DNA from: an uncultured Planctomycetales bacterium
Lineage (GTDB): Bacteria > Planctomycetota > Planctomycetia > Pirellulales > JAEUIK01
Assembly (NCBI GenBank): GCA_938003525.1
Contig: CALKYM010000304.1
Span: 29,287-93,286 of the forward strand
Direction of reading: 5' to 3'
DNA length: 64,000 nucleotides
The position numbers were made by a program, and so were the translations under genes. Below are positions 53,621 through 62,940 of this stretch, one piece after another. The first letter of the stretch is position 1, and each line of letters begins with the position of its first letter. A model generated the notes under the pieces. That model searched no databases. It was given only the letters and a program-made list of their open reading frames with translations, and was not told the origin of the DNA.

Positions 53621-53676
53621 TCGCAGCGCGATGCGCCAAAGTCTCGGTCAGCGTCCCAGTTAGCCGCCGGGCCAAC

Positions 53677-55032
53677 TCAACTCCGCTCGAGCATTTCTCG
53701 CGCAGCGCGACGCCCGGCTTGAACGGCTCCCTCCATGTAGCCTGTGGCCTCCGTCGCAGTCTCGGTTCCCGCCCAATGAATTCGGCCGACGGGCTCACGC
53801 AACACGGCACCAAAACCCGTCAGCGCGCCAGGCGGCATGAAACCGGTCGGACAGCCCGCCGACCAGGGATCGGCGCCCCAATCTTTCTCGCGGTAGCCAC
53901 TGGGTTGAGCAGCTTGTGGGCCGAAGTAACGGGCCAGGGATTCAACGACCGTCCGACGTCGCTCTTCCAGCGAAGTCGCTCCCCACGTGCGTGCGGCGCC
54001 GGCGACGAGAAACCCCACCAGCGCGGGCTGCTGACCATCGTGCGACGTGTTGTCGTAAACGATGCTCAGTGGTCCGGAACCGCTGACGACCTCGCCCGAG
54101 AAGCTCGCCTCGCGCCAGAACGCTTTGTCGTAGGTCACCAGGCACTTGATCGTCTGCCCCATCGGGAAGCGCTGCAGTAATTGCGCGCGCGGCGAAGGGA
54201 GCGCCGGCTGGAATTCGATCCGCTGGCAGAGCGGCGGTGCCAAAGCCACGATGACGTGCCGCGCCCGCCAACTTCCTGCCGGCGAACTGACCACCACGCC
54301 ATCTTCGTGTTGCGCGATGGCGCGGACGGGCGTCTCCAACACGACGCGGTCGCCCAACCTTTCGGCCAGCCGCACGGCGATTTGTTGCGCGCCGCCCACC
54401 AATCGGTCTTGCTGGGCTGCATTCTCCACTTCCACCACGTTCACCAGCCCATCGCTGGAGTTGATGTAGTGCAGGAAATACAAGAGGGACAAATCGGCGG
54501 GCTCCGTTCCAAACACCACACGAATGGCCGCGCTCATCATGTCGCGCACCGCAGAACTCCACAGCTTCCGCTGCATGAAGCTGGCAACCGTCTCGCGATC
54601 CCACATCGCTGCCGAACTCGCCGTGAAAGGCTGCTCCCGCGAAACCGTCTTGCGCATCCGCTCGACCAGACGAATCCCGCGGCTCAGCTCCAGCAGGCTC
54701 CACGGGCCCAACGATGGGATGCTCTGCTTGTACGTGGAGATGCGCGAGCCAATCTCCAGAACTTTCGTCCCTGTGTGGTGGGTGGGAAATCGTTCGATGC
54801 CGAACTCGTCGGTCAGATCGTGCATCCGCCGTTGTTTCGGGCCCAACCACTGTCCGCCCAAATCGAAATCCGCCTGGCCAATTCGGTCGGTCAGCGTCCT
54901 TCCACCAACCCGATCGCGCGCCTCCAGCACGGCCACTGACGCGCCGCTCTCGTGTAAGACGCGCGCCGCGCTGAGCCCGGACAGCCCCGCTCCGACGACG
55001 ACCACGTCGACGCTGTCACGATCCTTCGCCAT
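53677..55032 (-). CDS. Flavin-containing amine oxidase (monoamine-oxidase family)
   Basis: VDVVVVGAGLSGLSAARVLHESGASVAVLEARDRVGGR dinucleotide motif. C-terminal RIHWAGTETA block typical of MAO-like enzymes. Confidence 0.9.
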   Translation of the reverse strand: MAKDRDSVDVVVVGAGLSGLSAARVLHESGASVAVLEARDRVGGRTLTDRIGQADFDLGGQWLGPKQRRMHDLTDEFGIERFPTHHTGTKVLEIGSRISTYKQSIPSLGPWSLLELSRGIRLVERMRKTVSREQPFTASSAAMWDRETVASFMQRKLWSSAVRDMMSAAIRVVFGTEPADLSLLYFLHYINSSDGLVNVVEVENAAQQDRLVGGAQQIAVRLAERLGDRVVLETPVRAIAQHEDGVVVSSPAGSWRARHVIVALAPPLCQRIEFQPALPSPRAQLLQRFPMGQTIKCLVTYDKAFWREASFSGEVVSGSGPLSIVYDNTSHDGQQPALVGFLVAGAARTWGATSLEERRRTVVESLARYFGPQAAQPSGYREKDWGADPWSAGCPTGFMPPGALTGFGAVLREPVGRIHWAGTETATEATGYMEGAVQAGRRAAREMLERS

Positions 55033-55269
55033 TCAACTGCTCACGACCAATGAATCCGATGCCTGTCGCCACAAGACGACGAAGCACCTTACCTAGAGCT
55101 GGCCGTACCGTAGCGCAGCGTCGACGTCCTGACAAGCTGGTCGCGAGGAACTCCGCGCGACAGACGAAGTTCGCCCGCCGACGTGCGCGTTTGACAGCTC
55201 GACTACCGACGCGACATGCTGCGGCCCACGCGCCGCGCAAGTAGCAAGTTTGGCATCGAAGGAAGAACG

Positions 55270-55989
55270 ATGGGCGACGGCCCGAACCAAATCCCTAAAC
55301 GCACAGTCGACCTCGTTGCCAGTCCGTTCGGCTCGGCGAAAAAGATCTTCGTCAGCGATTTTGATGGCACGATCACCGAGCGCGATTTCTATCTGCTGGT
55401 GGGCGAACATCTGCTGCCCGACAACATCCCCGACTTCTGGCAACTACATCTCGACGGCAAGATTTCGATCTTCGACGTGCTGGCCGGGATATTTGCTTCG
55501 ATCGAAGGCGACGAGGCCCGCGTGATGGAAGTCGCCCGGCGGGCGGGCATCGATCCGAGATTCGCCTCGTCGGTCGATCGCTTGCGCGCCGGTGGTTGGG
55601 AGGTCGTCGTCGCTTCCATCGGCTGCGAGTGGTATATCCGGCGGCTGTTGGCGGAGCACGGCGCGGAGGTGACCGTGTTCGCCAATCCCGGCCGCTTGTT
55701 GCCCGGCGGGGGATTGGAGATGAAACCGCTGCGCGATTCGCCGTTCGCCAGTGAGATTGCCGGCGTCGACAAGGCCGCCATCGTCCGCGCGGCCGGGGAG
55801 CAGGCCGATGTTGTGGCGTTCGCCGGCGATAGTCGGCCCGACTACGAAGCCGCTATGACCGTCGAGCCTGAGTATCGCTTTGCCCGCCACGGACTGGCCG
55901 AAATCTTCCGCCGCAAAGGCATCCCGTTCCGTCCCTTCAAACGGTGGACGGACATACCCGCCCAACTGTTGGGCGAATCCGATGCCTAA
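55270..55989 (+). CDS. HAD-IB-family hydrolase (MtnX / phosphoserine-phosphatase-like)
   Basis: GGAAG lies upstream of ATG 55270. Motif I: IFVSDFDGTITERDF (DxDxT). Motif IV-like: VVAFAGDSRPD. Confidence 0.75.
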   Translation: MGDGPNQIPKRTVDLVASPFGSAKKIFVSDFDGTITERDFYLLVGEHLLPDNIPDFWQLHLDGKISIFDVLAGIFASIEGDEARVMEVARRAGIDPRFASSVDRLRAGGWEVVVASIGCEWYIRRLLAEHGAEVTVFANPGRLLPGGGLEMKPLRDSPFASEIAGVDKAAIVRAAGEQADVVAFAGDSRPDYEAAMTVEPEYRFARHGLAEIFRRKGIPFRPFKRWTDIPAQLLGESDA

Positions 55990-56019
55990 AAAGCATCGAC
56001 TGTCGACCCGCACGATCGC

Positions 56020-56949
56020 TTACGGTTCAAACGAATCGATCGTCGGCTCGCCTTCGAGCCAACCGAGATCTGCGAGGAACTCGTCGGCTTGGCGCATGGT
56101 CTCTACAAACGCCCGGTCATCGCCGCGGCCGTAGTTGAAGAACCCATGACCGGCTCCGTCATAGCCATTCAGCTCGCAATGAATCTCTGCCTGCTCCATC
56201 GCATCGGCGAAATCCTCGGCTTGCGAAAACGGGACCGTACGATCGTCGATGCCGTGAAAGATGATCGTCGGCGCCGTTTCCGCGCTGACGTGCCAGAGCG
56301 GCGATAGCGCCTCCGGCTTCCCGCCCAGGCGCCCGTGCAACTGTGCGATGCGCGGGTTGTCCGCCTCGACCTCGAAGCCGGCTGCGGTCAGGTCGAGCGC
56401 GGGATTGAACAGGAGCGCAGCATTGGGCCGGCAACTCACCGATGTATCGTCGTGCGGGTCGTCGAACTCTGGCAGCGTCGCCACGGCCGCCGCCAGATGT
56501 CCTCCGGCCGATCCACCGCCCGCTGCGATGCGCGTCGGATCAATGTTCATTTCCTCAGCATGTGCCCGCACCCAGCGCATGGCGGACTTCGCATCTGCCA
56601 CACAGTCCGCAACTTTCGCATCGTCGGTCGACCCCAGCCGGTATTCGACCGTGATGGCCACCATGCCGCGCGATGCCAGGTACCGACACTGAGCCACGAA
56701 CTGCGTCGGATTACCACCCCGCCAGCCGCCGCCGTGAAAGAAAACGATCGCCGGCCGGGGGTCACCACCCGCGTTTTCCGTCCGCTGGAATACATAGAGC
56801 TTCAAGTCCCGGCCGGCATGCTTGTAGACGAACGCTTCCGCGCCCTCGAGCCTTCGCCCCCGCCCGTTCTGTTGAACCCAGAGCATTTCGGCGCCGGTCA
56901 CCAACCATACAGCGCCCGCCAGCACACTGATCGCAACGCGTCGCACCAT
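56020..56949 (-). CDS. Alpha/beta-hydrolase fold esterase/lipase (HGGG-type), exported
   Basis: ATG 56949 gives MVRRVAISVLAGAVWLV. Oxyanion motif VFFHGGGWRGG. Nucleophile elbow AAGGGSAGGHLA. C-terminal GAGHGF. Confidence 0.85.
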   Translation of the reverse strand: MVRRVAISVLAGAVWLVTGAEMLWVQQNGRGRRLEGAEAFVYKHAGRDLKLYVFQRTENAGGDPRPAIVFFHGGGWRGGNPTQFVAQCRYLASRGMVAITVEYRLGSTDDAKVADCVADAKSAMRWVRAHAEEMNIDPTRIAAGGGSAGGHLAAAVATLPEFDDPHDDTSVSCRPNAALLFNPALDLTAAGFEVEADNPRIAQLHGRLGGKPEALSPLWHVSAETAPTIIFHGIDDRTVPFSQAEDFADAMEQAEIHCELNGYDGAGHGFFNYGRGDDRAFVETMRQADEFLADLGWLEGEPTIDSFEP

Positions 56950-57141
56950 CGTTTGTCTCTCCGGCAGGATGCCCGCTGTGATCCAGCTATTGTCTTTCGC
57001 GAACAATCCAGACACAAACCGTTTCGTGCTCCACGAGTCTCGGCCGGCTGACGCTCGCCAGCCGCGGTGCTATGCTCGTTACCTGTCATTGTGCCCCCGA
57101 GCGCGGACTTACGCGTTGCACCGTAGTCATGAGCCTGACGC

Positions 57142-60100
57142 ATGTTGAAACAATCGTCGATTCGTCTTGTTGCCATCTCACTATGGGCCTGCTGCTGCGC
57201 TCAAACGACTCAGGCCGAGTCGCCCGTCGTGATCAGTGAGTTCATCTACACGTCGGCCCCTTTCCCGGAATGTCACGCCTCGACGATCGTCGAGACGGCC
57301 GCCGGCACGCTCGTCGCCGCCTGGTTTGGCGGCACGGAAGAGGGTCACTCTGATGTGGGCATCTGGCTCTCGCGTCACATCGACGGCGCTTGGACCGCGC
57401 CGGTCGAAGTCGCCGACGGGGTGCAGTCGGACGACAAGCGCTATCCCACGTGGAACCCCGTGTTGTTCCAGCCACGCGAAGGTCCGCTGCTGCTGTTCTT
57501 CAAGGTGGGTCCGAATCCCAGGGAGTGGTGGGGCGAGGTGATGGTCTCGGCCGATGACGGCGTCACCTGGACGCCGCCCCATCGACTGCCCGATGGTGGC
57601 ATCGGCCCCGTGAAGAACAAACCAATTCAGATGGAAGATGGCTCGATTTGGTGCGCTTCGAGCACCGAGCACGACGGCTGGCGCGTGCATCTCGAAATCA
57701 CGCACGACCTGGGCGAAAGCTGGCAACGAACCGAACCGCTGAACCAGGCAGGCACGCATGCCATCCAGCCCAGCCTGTTGACTTACGCCGATGGCCGGCT
57801 GCAGATGCTCTGCCGCAATCGCAACGCCAAAGGCGATCTCTGGCAGTGCTGGTCGAGCGGTGGCGGCCAGACGTGGAGCGACTTCACCTCCTCGGGCCTC
57901 CCCAATCCGAACGCCGGAACCGATGCCGTCACGCTCCGCGATGGACGCCAGCTACTCGTCTACAACCACACGCACCGCGGCGGGCCGTTCCCTAGTGGCC
58001 GCAACTTCCTCAACGTTGCCGTCAGCGACGATGGCGAGAAGTGGTCGGCCGCCCTGGTTCTCGAACGATCGCCGGGCGAGTATTCGTACCCGGCCGTCAT
58101 CCAAACTCGCGATGACCGCGTTCACATCACATACACCTGGAAACGCCAACGAATCCGCCATGTCGTCCTCGATCCCGATCGCTTGGAGTTGACGCCCATC
58201 GTCGAAGGCGTGTGGCCCGACGGCGTCGAACAACTGGCGGCGAACGATCAACAGCCGGCATCTCCAGTGAAGGCCGCCATCAACGATCAGGCACCACCGC
58301 AGTTGGAGCGCGTCAAGTACCGTTCTCCCGATCTTGTGGTCGATCTCGGCGTGGGCCTCTGGGCGTGGCCGTTGCCGCTGGATTGGGACGAAGACGGCGA
58401 TCTCGATCTCGTCATCACTTGCCCCGACGTGCCCTATCGCGGCACCTACTTCTTCGAGAATCCCGGCGGTGCGGCGATGCCGGTCTTCAGGCCCGCCGTG
58501 AAAGTCGGGCCGGGTCTGCGCAACGCGTCGGTTTCTTACGTCGATGGCCAAGCCAGAGTGCTTGTGCCAGGGCAGGAATTGGTCGGGTTTCGCGAAAGCG
58601 GCTTTGAGCGGTCGATCGAAATCTACTCTGAGGCCAATGTCCACCCGAATCGCGTGCGGGCCAATCAATGGAAGTACGTCGACTACGACGGGGACGGCGC
58701 GCTCGACCTAATCCTCGGCGTCGGCGACTGGACCACATACGGCTGGGACAACGCCTTCGACCGCACAGGGCAATGGACACGTGGACCATTGCGGGGGCTC
58801 GTCTATCTGCTGCGTAACACGGGCACGACGACGATGCCGTCCTACGCGTCGCCCGCGCTGATCGATGCCGATGGCACGCCCGTCGACGTCTATGGGATGC
58901 CATCGCCCAACTTGGCAGACTTCGATAGCGACGGAGATCTGGACTTGCTTTGCGGAGAGTTTCTGGATGGCTTCACGTACTTCGAGAACATCGGTTCGCG
59001 CGCCGATCCACGTTACGCGGCGGGCCGACGATTGATGCACGAAGGACAACCGCTGGCGATGGACTTGCAGATGATCGTGCCGACGGCCGTCGATTGGGAT
59101 GCCGACGGCGACATTGACTTGGTCGTCGGCGATGAAGACGGGCGCGTCGCTCTCGTCGAGCACACGGGAGCGGTCCGCGACGGGCTCCCGCAATTCTCGC
59201 CGCCGCGCTACTTTCAACAGCAGGCCGACGATGTGAAATTCGGCGCGTTGGTCACTCCGGTGAGCGCCGATTGGGATGGCGACGGCGATGAGGACCTCGT
59301 GTGCGGCAACACGGCCGGCTACATCGGGTTGATCGAGAATCTCGATGGCGGCGATCCACCTCGCTGGGCGGCACCGCGCTACCTCGAAGCCGGTGGAGAA
59401 ACCATCCGCGTCCAGGCCGGACCCAACGGCTCCATCCAAGGTCCCTGCGAAGCGAAATGGGGCTACACGACGATCGAGGTGGCCGATTGGAACCACGACG
59501 GGTTGCTCGACATCGTGGCCAACTCCATTTGGGGCAAAGTGCACTGGTACGAAAACGTGGGTCGGCCGGGTAAGCCACAACTGTCTGCGGCACAGCCTAT
59601 CGAAGTCGAGTGGCCCTCCAAGTCGGCCCGACCCAAGCCCGCGTGGAACTGGTGGGAGCCAGAGGGCAACGAGTTGGCCACCCAGTGGCGCACGACACCG
59701 CTGGTTTTCGATCTCGACGCAGACGGCCTGCACGACTTGGTGATGCTCGATCACGAAGGTTACCTCGCCTGGTACCAGCGCAGCCGCGACGGTGTGCGGC
59801 TCACTCTGCAACCGGGCCAGCGGGTGTTCTTCGACACGGACGGCAACCCGCTGCGGCTCAACGACCGCGAGGCGGGACGAAGCGGCCGCCGCAAACTGTG
59901 CCTGACCGATTGGGATGGCGACGGGCGAGTCGATCTGCTGGTCAACAGCGAGAACGTCGACCTGTGGCGCAACATCTCGACCGATGGCCAGCGGTGGGTC
60001 TTTCAACACCTGGGTCCGCTCGCCCAGCGCAAGTTGGCCGGACACACGACCAGCCCCACAACGGTCGATTGGGACGGCGACGGACGTCGCGACCTGCTCG

Positions 60101-60147
60101 TGGGCGCCGAAGACGGCTTTCTCTACTACCTGCCCAATCGACCCTAG
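57142..60147 (+). CDS. Fusion: BNR/sialidase-like beta-propeller + multiple FG-GAP/VCBS (integrin-alpha-like) repeats, exported
   Basis: Signal peptide MLKQSSIRLVAISLWACCCAQTTQA. Sialidase-like N-terminal part: CHASTIVETAAGTLVAAWFGG, SADDGVTW, THDLGESW, SSGGGQTW, SDDGEKW. Then Ca-binding FG-GAP-like loops: DWDEDGDLDLV, DYDGDGALDLI, DFDSDGDLDLLCGEF, DWDADGDIDLVVGDEDG, DWDGDGDEDLVCGN, DLDADGLHDLV, DWDGDGRVDLL, DWDGDGRRDLLVG. Confidence 0.85.
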   Translation: MLKQSSIRLVAISLWACCCAQTTQAESPVVISEFIYTSAPFPECHASTIVETAAGTLVAAWFGGTEEGHSDVGIWLSRHIDGAWTAPVEVADGVQSDDKRYPTWNPVLFQPREGPLLLFFKVGPNPREWWGEVMVSADDGVTWTPPHRLPDGGIGPVKNKPIQMEDGSIWCASSTEHDGWRVHLEITHDLGESWQRTEPLNQAGTHAIQPSLLTYADGRLQMLCRNRNAKGDLWQCWSSGGGQTWSDFTSSGLPNPNAGTDAVTLRDGRQLLVYNHTHRGGPFPSGRNFLNVAVSDDGEKWSAALVLERSPGEYSYPAVIQTRDDRVHITYTWKRQRIRHVVLDPDRLELTPIVEGVWPDGVEQLAANDQQPASPVKAAINDQAPPQLERVKYRSPDLVVDLGVGLWAWPLPLDWDEDGDLDLVITCPDVPYRGTYFFENPGGAAMPVFRPAVKVGPGLRNASVSYVDGQARVLVPGQELVGFRESGFERSIEIYSEANVHPNRVRANQWKYVDYDGDGALDLILGVGDWTTYGWDNAFDRTGQWTRGPLRGLVYLLRNTGTTTMPSYASPALIDADGTPVDVYGMPSPNLADFDSDGDLDLLCGEFLDGFTYFENIGSRADPRYAAGRRLMHEGQPLAMDLQMIVPTAVDWDADGDIDLVVGDEDGRVALVEHTGAVRDGLPQFSPPRYFQQQADDVKFGALVTPVSADWDGDGDEDLVCGNTAGYIGLIENLDGGDPPRWAAPRYLEAGGETIRVQAGPNGSIQGPCEAKWGYTTIEVADWNHDGLLDIVANSIWGKVHWYENVGRPGKPQLSAAQPIEVEWPSKSARPKPAWNWWEPEGNELATQWRTTPLVFDLDADGLHDLVMLDHEGYLAWYQRSRDGVRLTLQPGQRVFFDTDGNPLRLNDREAGRSGRRKLCLTDWDGDGRVDLLVNSENVDLWRNISTDGQRWVFQHLGPLAQRKLAGHTTSPTTVDWDGDGRRDLLVGAEDGFLYYLPNRP

Positions 60148-60165
60148 TTCCGGCAGCCAGGAAGC

Positions 60166-60990
60166 CTACGTTTGTTTCGCGTCCGCTACTTGTATCTGGC
60201 GGCGGAAGCGACGCATCATCTGGCGTTCGTACAGTCGCGGCGCAAAACGCGCAAGCCAATACGCGAGCCGCCCCGTGCCGCCCATGATGACGATGCGCTT
60301 GCGGCGGGCCACGCCGCGATAGATGGCGTCCGCCACCTGCTCGGGCGAAACCATTCGCCCCGCTGTGTCGCGATCCGAGACCAACACCGAACCGTCGCCT
60401 GCCAGGCCGCGCCGCGCGAAATCGGTCGCCACGAAGCTCGGGCAGACCATCGTCACGCTCACGTTGTGCGGTGCCAGCTCACACCGCAACGTCTCGAAAT
60501 AGCCGTGCAGCGCGTATTTGCTGGCGCAGTAGCCCGTACGGCCCAGGAGTGGCCCCACGCCGGCAATGCTGCTCAACACGGCGATGCGACCCTGCCGTTG
60601 TTGAAGACTGGCCAGCGCCGCGCGCGTCACGGTGACGGCGCCGAAGAAGTTCACGTCCATCACGCGGCGATAGACCGAGAGATCTGTTTCATCGGCGGCG
60701 CTGACTTGCGTCAGGCCGGCCGAATGCACCAGCACATCGATGCCGCCCAACTCGCCGATCAGCTCCTCGATCGTTTGCCGGCAGACAACCTCGTCGGTGA
60801 TGTCGCACGCTCGCCCGCCCGCGTGAAGGCCCGAAGCACGCAACTGCTCAACACGCGCTCGCGTCGCCTCCGCGTCGCGGTCAAGCAAGACAAGGTGGGC
60901 ACCGTCCTGACCGAAGCGCTGCGCCACGGCAAAGCCGATCCCGCCGGCACCGCCGGTGATCACCACCACCTTGTCGGCAAAGGGCTTCAC
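60166..60990 (-). CDS. Short-chain dehydrogenase/reductase (SDR)
   Basis: GTG start overlapping the upstream stop (GTGA at 60987-60990). Cofactor motif VVVITGGAGGIGFA (TGxxxGxG). Catalytic YCASKYAL (YxxxK). Confidence 0.9.
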   Translation of the reverse strand: MKPFADKVVVITGGAGGIGFAVAQRFGQDGAHLVLLDRDAEATRARVEQLRASGLHAGGRACDITDEVVCRQTIEELIGELGGIDVLVHSAGLTQVSAADETDLSVYRRVMDVNFFGAVTVTRAALASLQQRQGRIAVLSSIAGVGPLLGRTGYCASKYALHGYFETLRCELAPHNVSVTMVCPSFVATDFARRGLAGDGSVLVSDRDTAGRMVSPEQVADAIYRGVARRKRIVIMGGTGRLAYWLARFAPRLYERQMMRRFRRQIQVADAKQT

Positions 60991-61973
60991 GGGGCCAACT
61001 GTGCGTGTTGCAGATAGTGGTCAAGCACCTGCGCGGAGTCCTTGCGGGGCCGATAGCCAAAGCGGCTTTTGAGCCGCTCGTTGGAGAGCACGGGCCGGTA
61101 GCGAAGGAAGTCGACCTGCTCGGGTCCATACTGCGTCGCGCCCACCAACCGCAACAGCCCCAACACGCCACGTAGCAACCAGGCGGGAACGGGGAGGTAA
61201 GGCTTCTTCAACCTGCCGGCGATCTCCCGAAGCGACATGCATCCATCGCCGGCGAGGTTGTAGATTCCCGTGGCCCGCTGCTGGATGCCTTGCACGATGC
61301 AGGCCACCACATCTTCGTCCCAGATGAACACCCAGGGAGTCGTGCCTCCGGCCACTCCCAGTAAAAAGCGTTTGTGAAACAGGTCGGTGATCTGATTGTT
61401 GGTCCGCGCTCCTAGAACGGCGCCGGGGCGAAACACAAGTTGGCCCAAACCCGGGTGATCTTGCCGGTAGCGGGCCAGCATCTCTTCAACCAGCCGCTTG
61501 TGGTGCGCGTAGGCAAAGGCCTCGTTGCCGCGCAGCGGAGCATCTTCGTCGACCGGCAACGGGTTGTCGGCATGATAGCCGTAGGCCGCGCCGCTACTGG
61601 TCACGATGATTTGCCGCACCCCGGCTTCGACGCAAGCTCGAAGGACGTTCTCAGTGCCTTCGACATCGACCGAGTATTCGAGCTGCCGGTCGCGCTGCTT
61701 ACCCGGCGTGACGATGCAGGCCAGGTGCACGATCGTGTCGACGGCGTGTTGGCGACAGATTTCGACGAGCTGCGGGTCGCGGATATCGGCCGTGATGTAT
61801 TCGACGCCCTTCGCGCGTCGCTCGACGGGAACTTCGCGGGCATCGAGCGCGATCACGCGCAAGTCGGCATCGCAGGCGAGTTGTGCGACCGTCAGGCCGC
61901 CGATGTAACCGCCGCCGCCAGTGACGAGAATCGCTCGTCGCGGCGAAGACTGATCCGAAGAGGTCGCCGTCAT
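60987..61973 (-). CDS. NAD-dependent epimerase/dehydratase (extended SDR)
   Basis: ATG 61973 overlaps the upstream stop (ATGA at 61970-61973). Rossmann motif AILVTGGGGYIGG. YAHHK (YxxxK). Confidence 0.9.
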   Translation of the reverse strand: MTATSSDQSSPRRAILVTGGGGYIGGLTVAQLACDADLRVIALDAREVPVERRAKGVEYITADIRDPQLVEICRQHAVDTIVHLACIVTPGKQRDRQLEYSVDVEGTENVLRACVEAGVRQIIVTSSGAAYGYHADNPLPVDEDAPLRGNEAFAYAHHKRLVEEMLARYRQDHPGLGQLVFRPGAVLGARTNNQITDLFHKRFLLGVAGGTTPWVFIWDEDVVACIVQGIQQRATGIYNLAGDGCMSLREIAGRLKKPYLPVPAWLLRGVLGLLRLVGATQYGPEQVDFLRYRPVLSNERLKSRFGYRPRKDSAQVLDHYLQHAQLAP

Positions 61974-62890
61974 GCAGCAGACTCCATCGCCACGGCGGGC
62001 GCGGGACGCCGAGACCATAAAAAGGCCAGCGTGAGCCCCGAGATGATGTGCCAGATACCCCAGAAGCCGATCACCAGCGCCATTCCGCCCAACCCGGCGA
62101 AGAACTGAAAGTAGAGGGCCAATCCCAGCGCGGAGTTCTGAATACCAACTTCAATCGCGATGGCGCGGCGATCGCGCGGAGGCAAACCGGCTAACCGGGC
62201 CGCAACATATCCGGTCGAGAGCGCCACGGCATTGTGAATGATGGCCGCCCCCGCCACCCAATGCACGTGCTCGACAAAGACATCGAAGTTCTGCGTGAAA
62301 ATGACGAACACAACCGAGACGAACACGACAATCGAGAAGTACTTAAACGGCGTATGCAGCCACTTGGCGAGGCGTGGAAACGCCCGCGCGCACGCCATCC
62401 CGGCGACGAGCGGAATCCCCAGGATCAGCACCACGATTGTGAGCACGGCCAGCGGATCGAGATGTATGGCCTCGAGAATGCTGGCTGTGGCAGGATTCAT
62501 GCGCCCCCAGAAAGCGACGTTGAGCGGCGTCATCACCACGGCCACCGCGGTGCTGGTGGCGGTCATCGTCACCGAAAGCGCCGTATTGCCGCCGGCCAGG
62601 TGTGTCAGGAAGTTCGACAGGTTGCCGCCGGGACAGGCGGCAACCAACAGCATTCCCAACGCAATGCTCGGCGCCGGCTCCAGCAGCAGCGTCAGCCCGA
62701 GTGTCACCGCGGGCAGCAACACGAACTGCGCTGCCAAACCGATTGCCGGCCCGATGGGCATCCGCAACACGCGCGTGAAGTCGGCGGGTCGCAGATCGAG
62801 CGCCACGCCGAACATGATCAGCGCAATCAGCAGGTTGAGCAGCCACACGCCTCCCTGCTGAAAGTTCAGCTCGACCTGATCGACCGGCAT
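61970..62890 (-). CDS. Bile acid:sodium symporter (BASS/SBF) family transporter
   Basis: 306 aa, polytopic. The family-typical block LLVAACPGGNLSNFLTHLAGGNTALSVTMT is present. Confidence 0.85.
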   Translation of the reverse strand: MPVDQVELNFQQGGVWLLNLLIALIMFGVALDLRPADFTRVLRMPIGPAIGLAAQFVLLPAVTLGLTLLLEPAPSIALGMLLVAACPGGNLSNFLTHLAGGNTALSVTMTATSTAVAVVMTPLNVAFWGRMNPATASILEAIHLDPLAVLTIVVLILGIPLVAGMACARAFPRLAKWLHTPFKYFSIVVFVSVVFVIFTQNFDVFVEHVHWVAGAAIIHNAVALSTGYVAARLAGLPPRDRRAIAIEVGIQNSALGLALYFQFFAGLGGMALVIGFWGIWHIISGLTLAFLWSRRPAPAVAMESAA

Positions 62891-62940
62891 CTATTCTTCT
62901 GCGAGTGCGCGGATGCAACGGAAGGCGAGAACCAAGCAGC

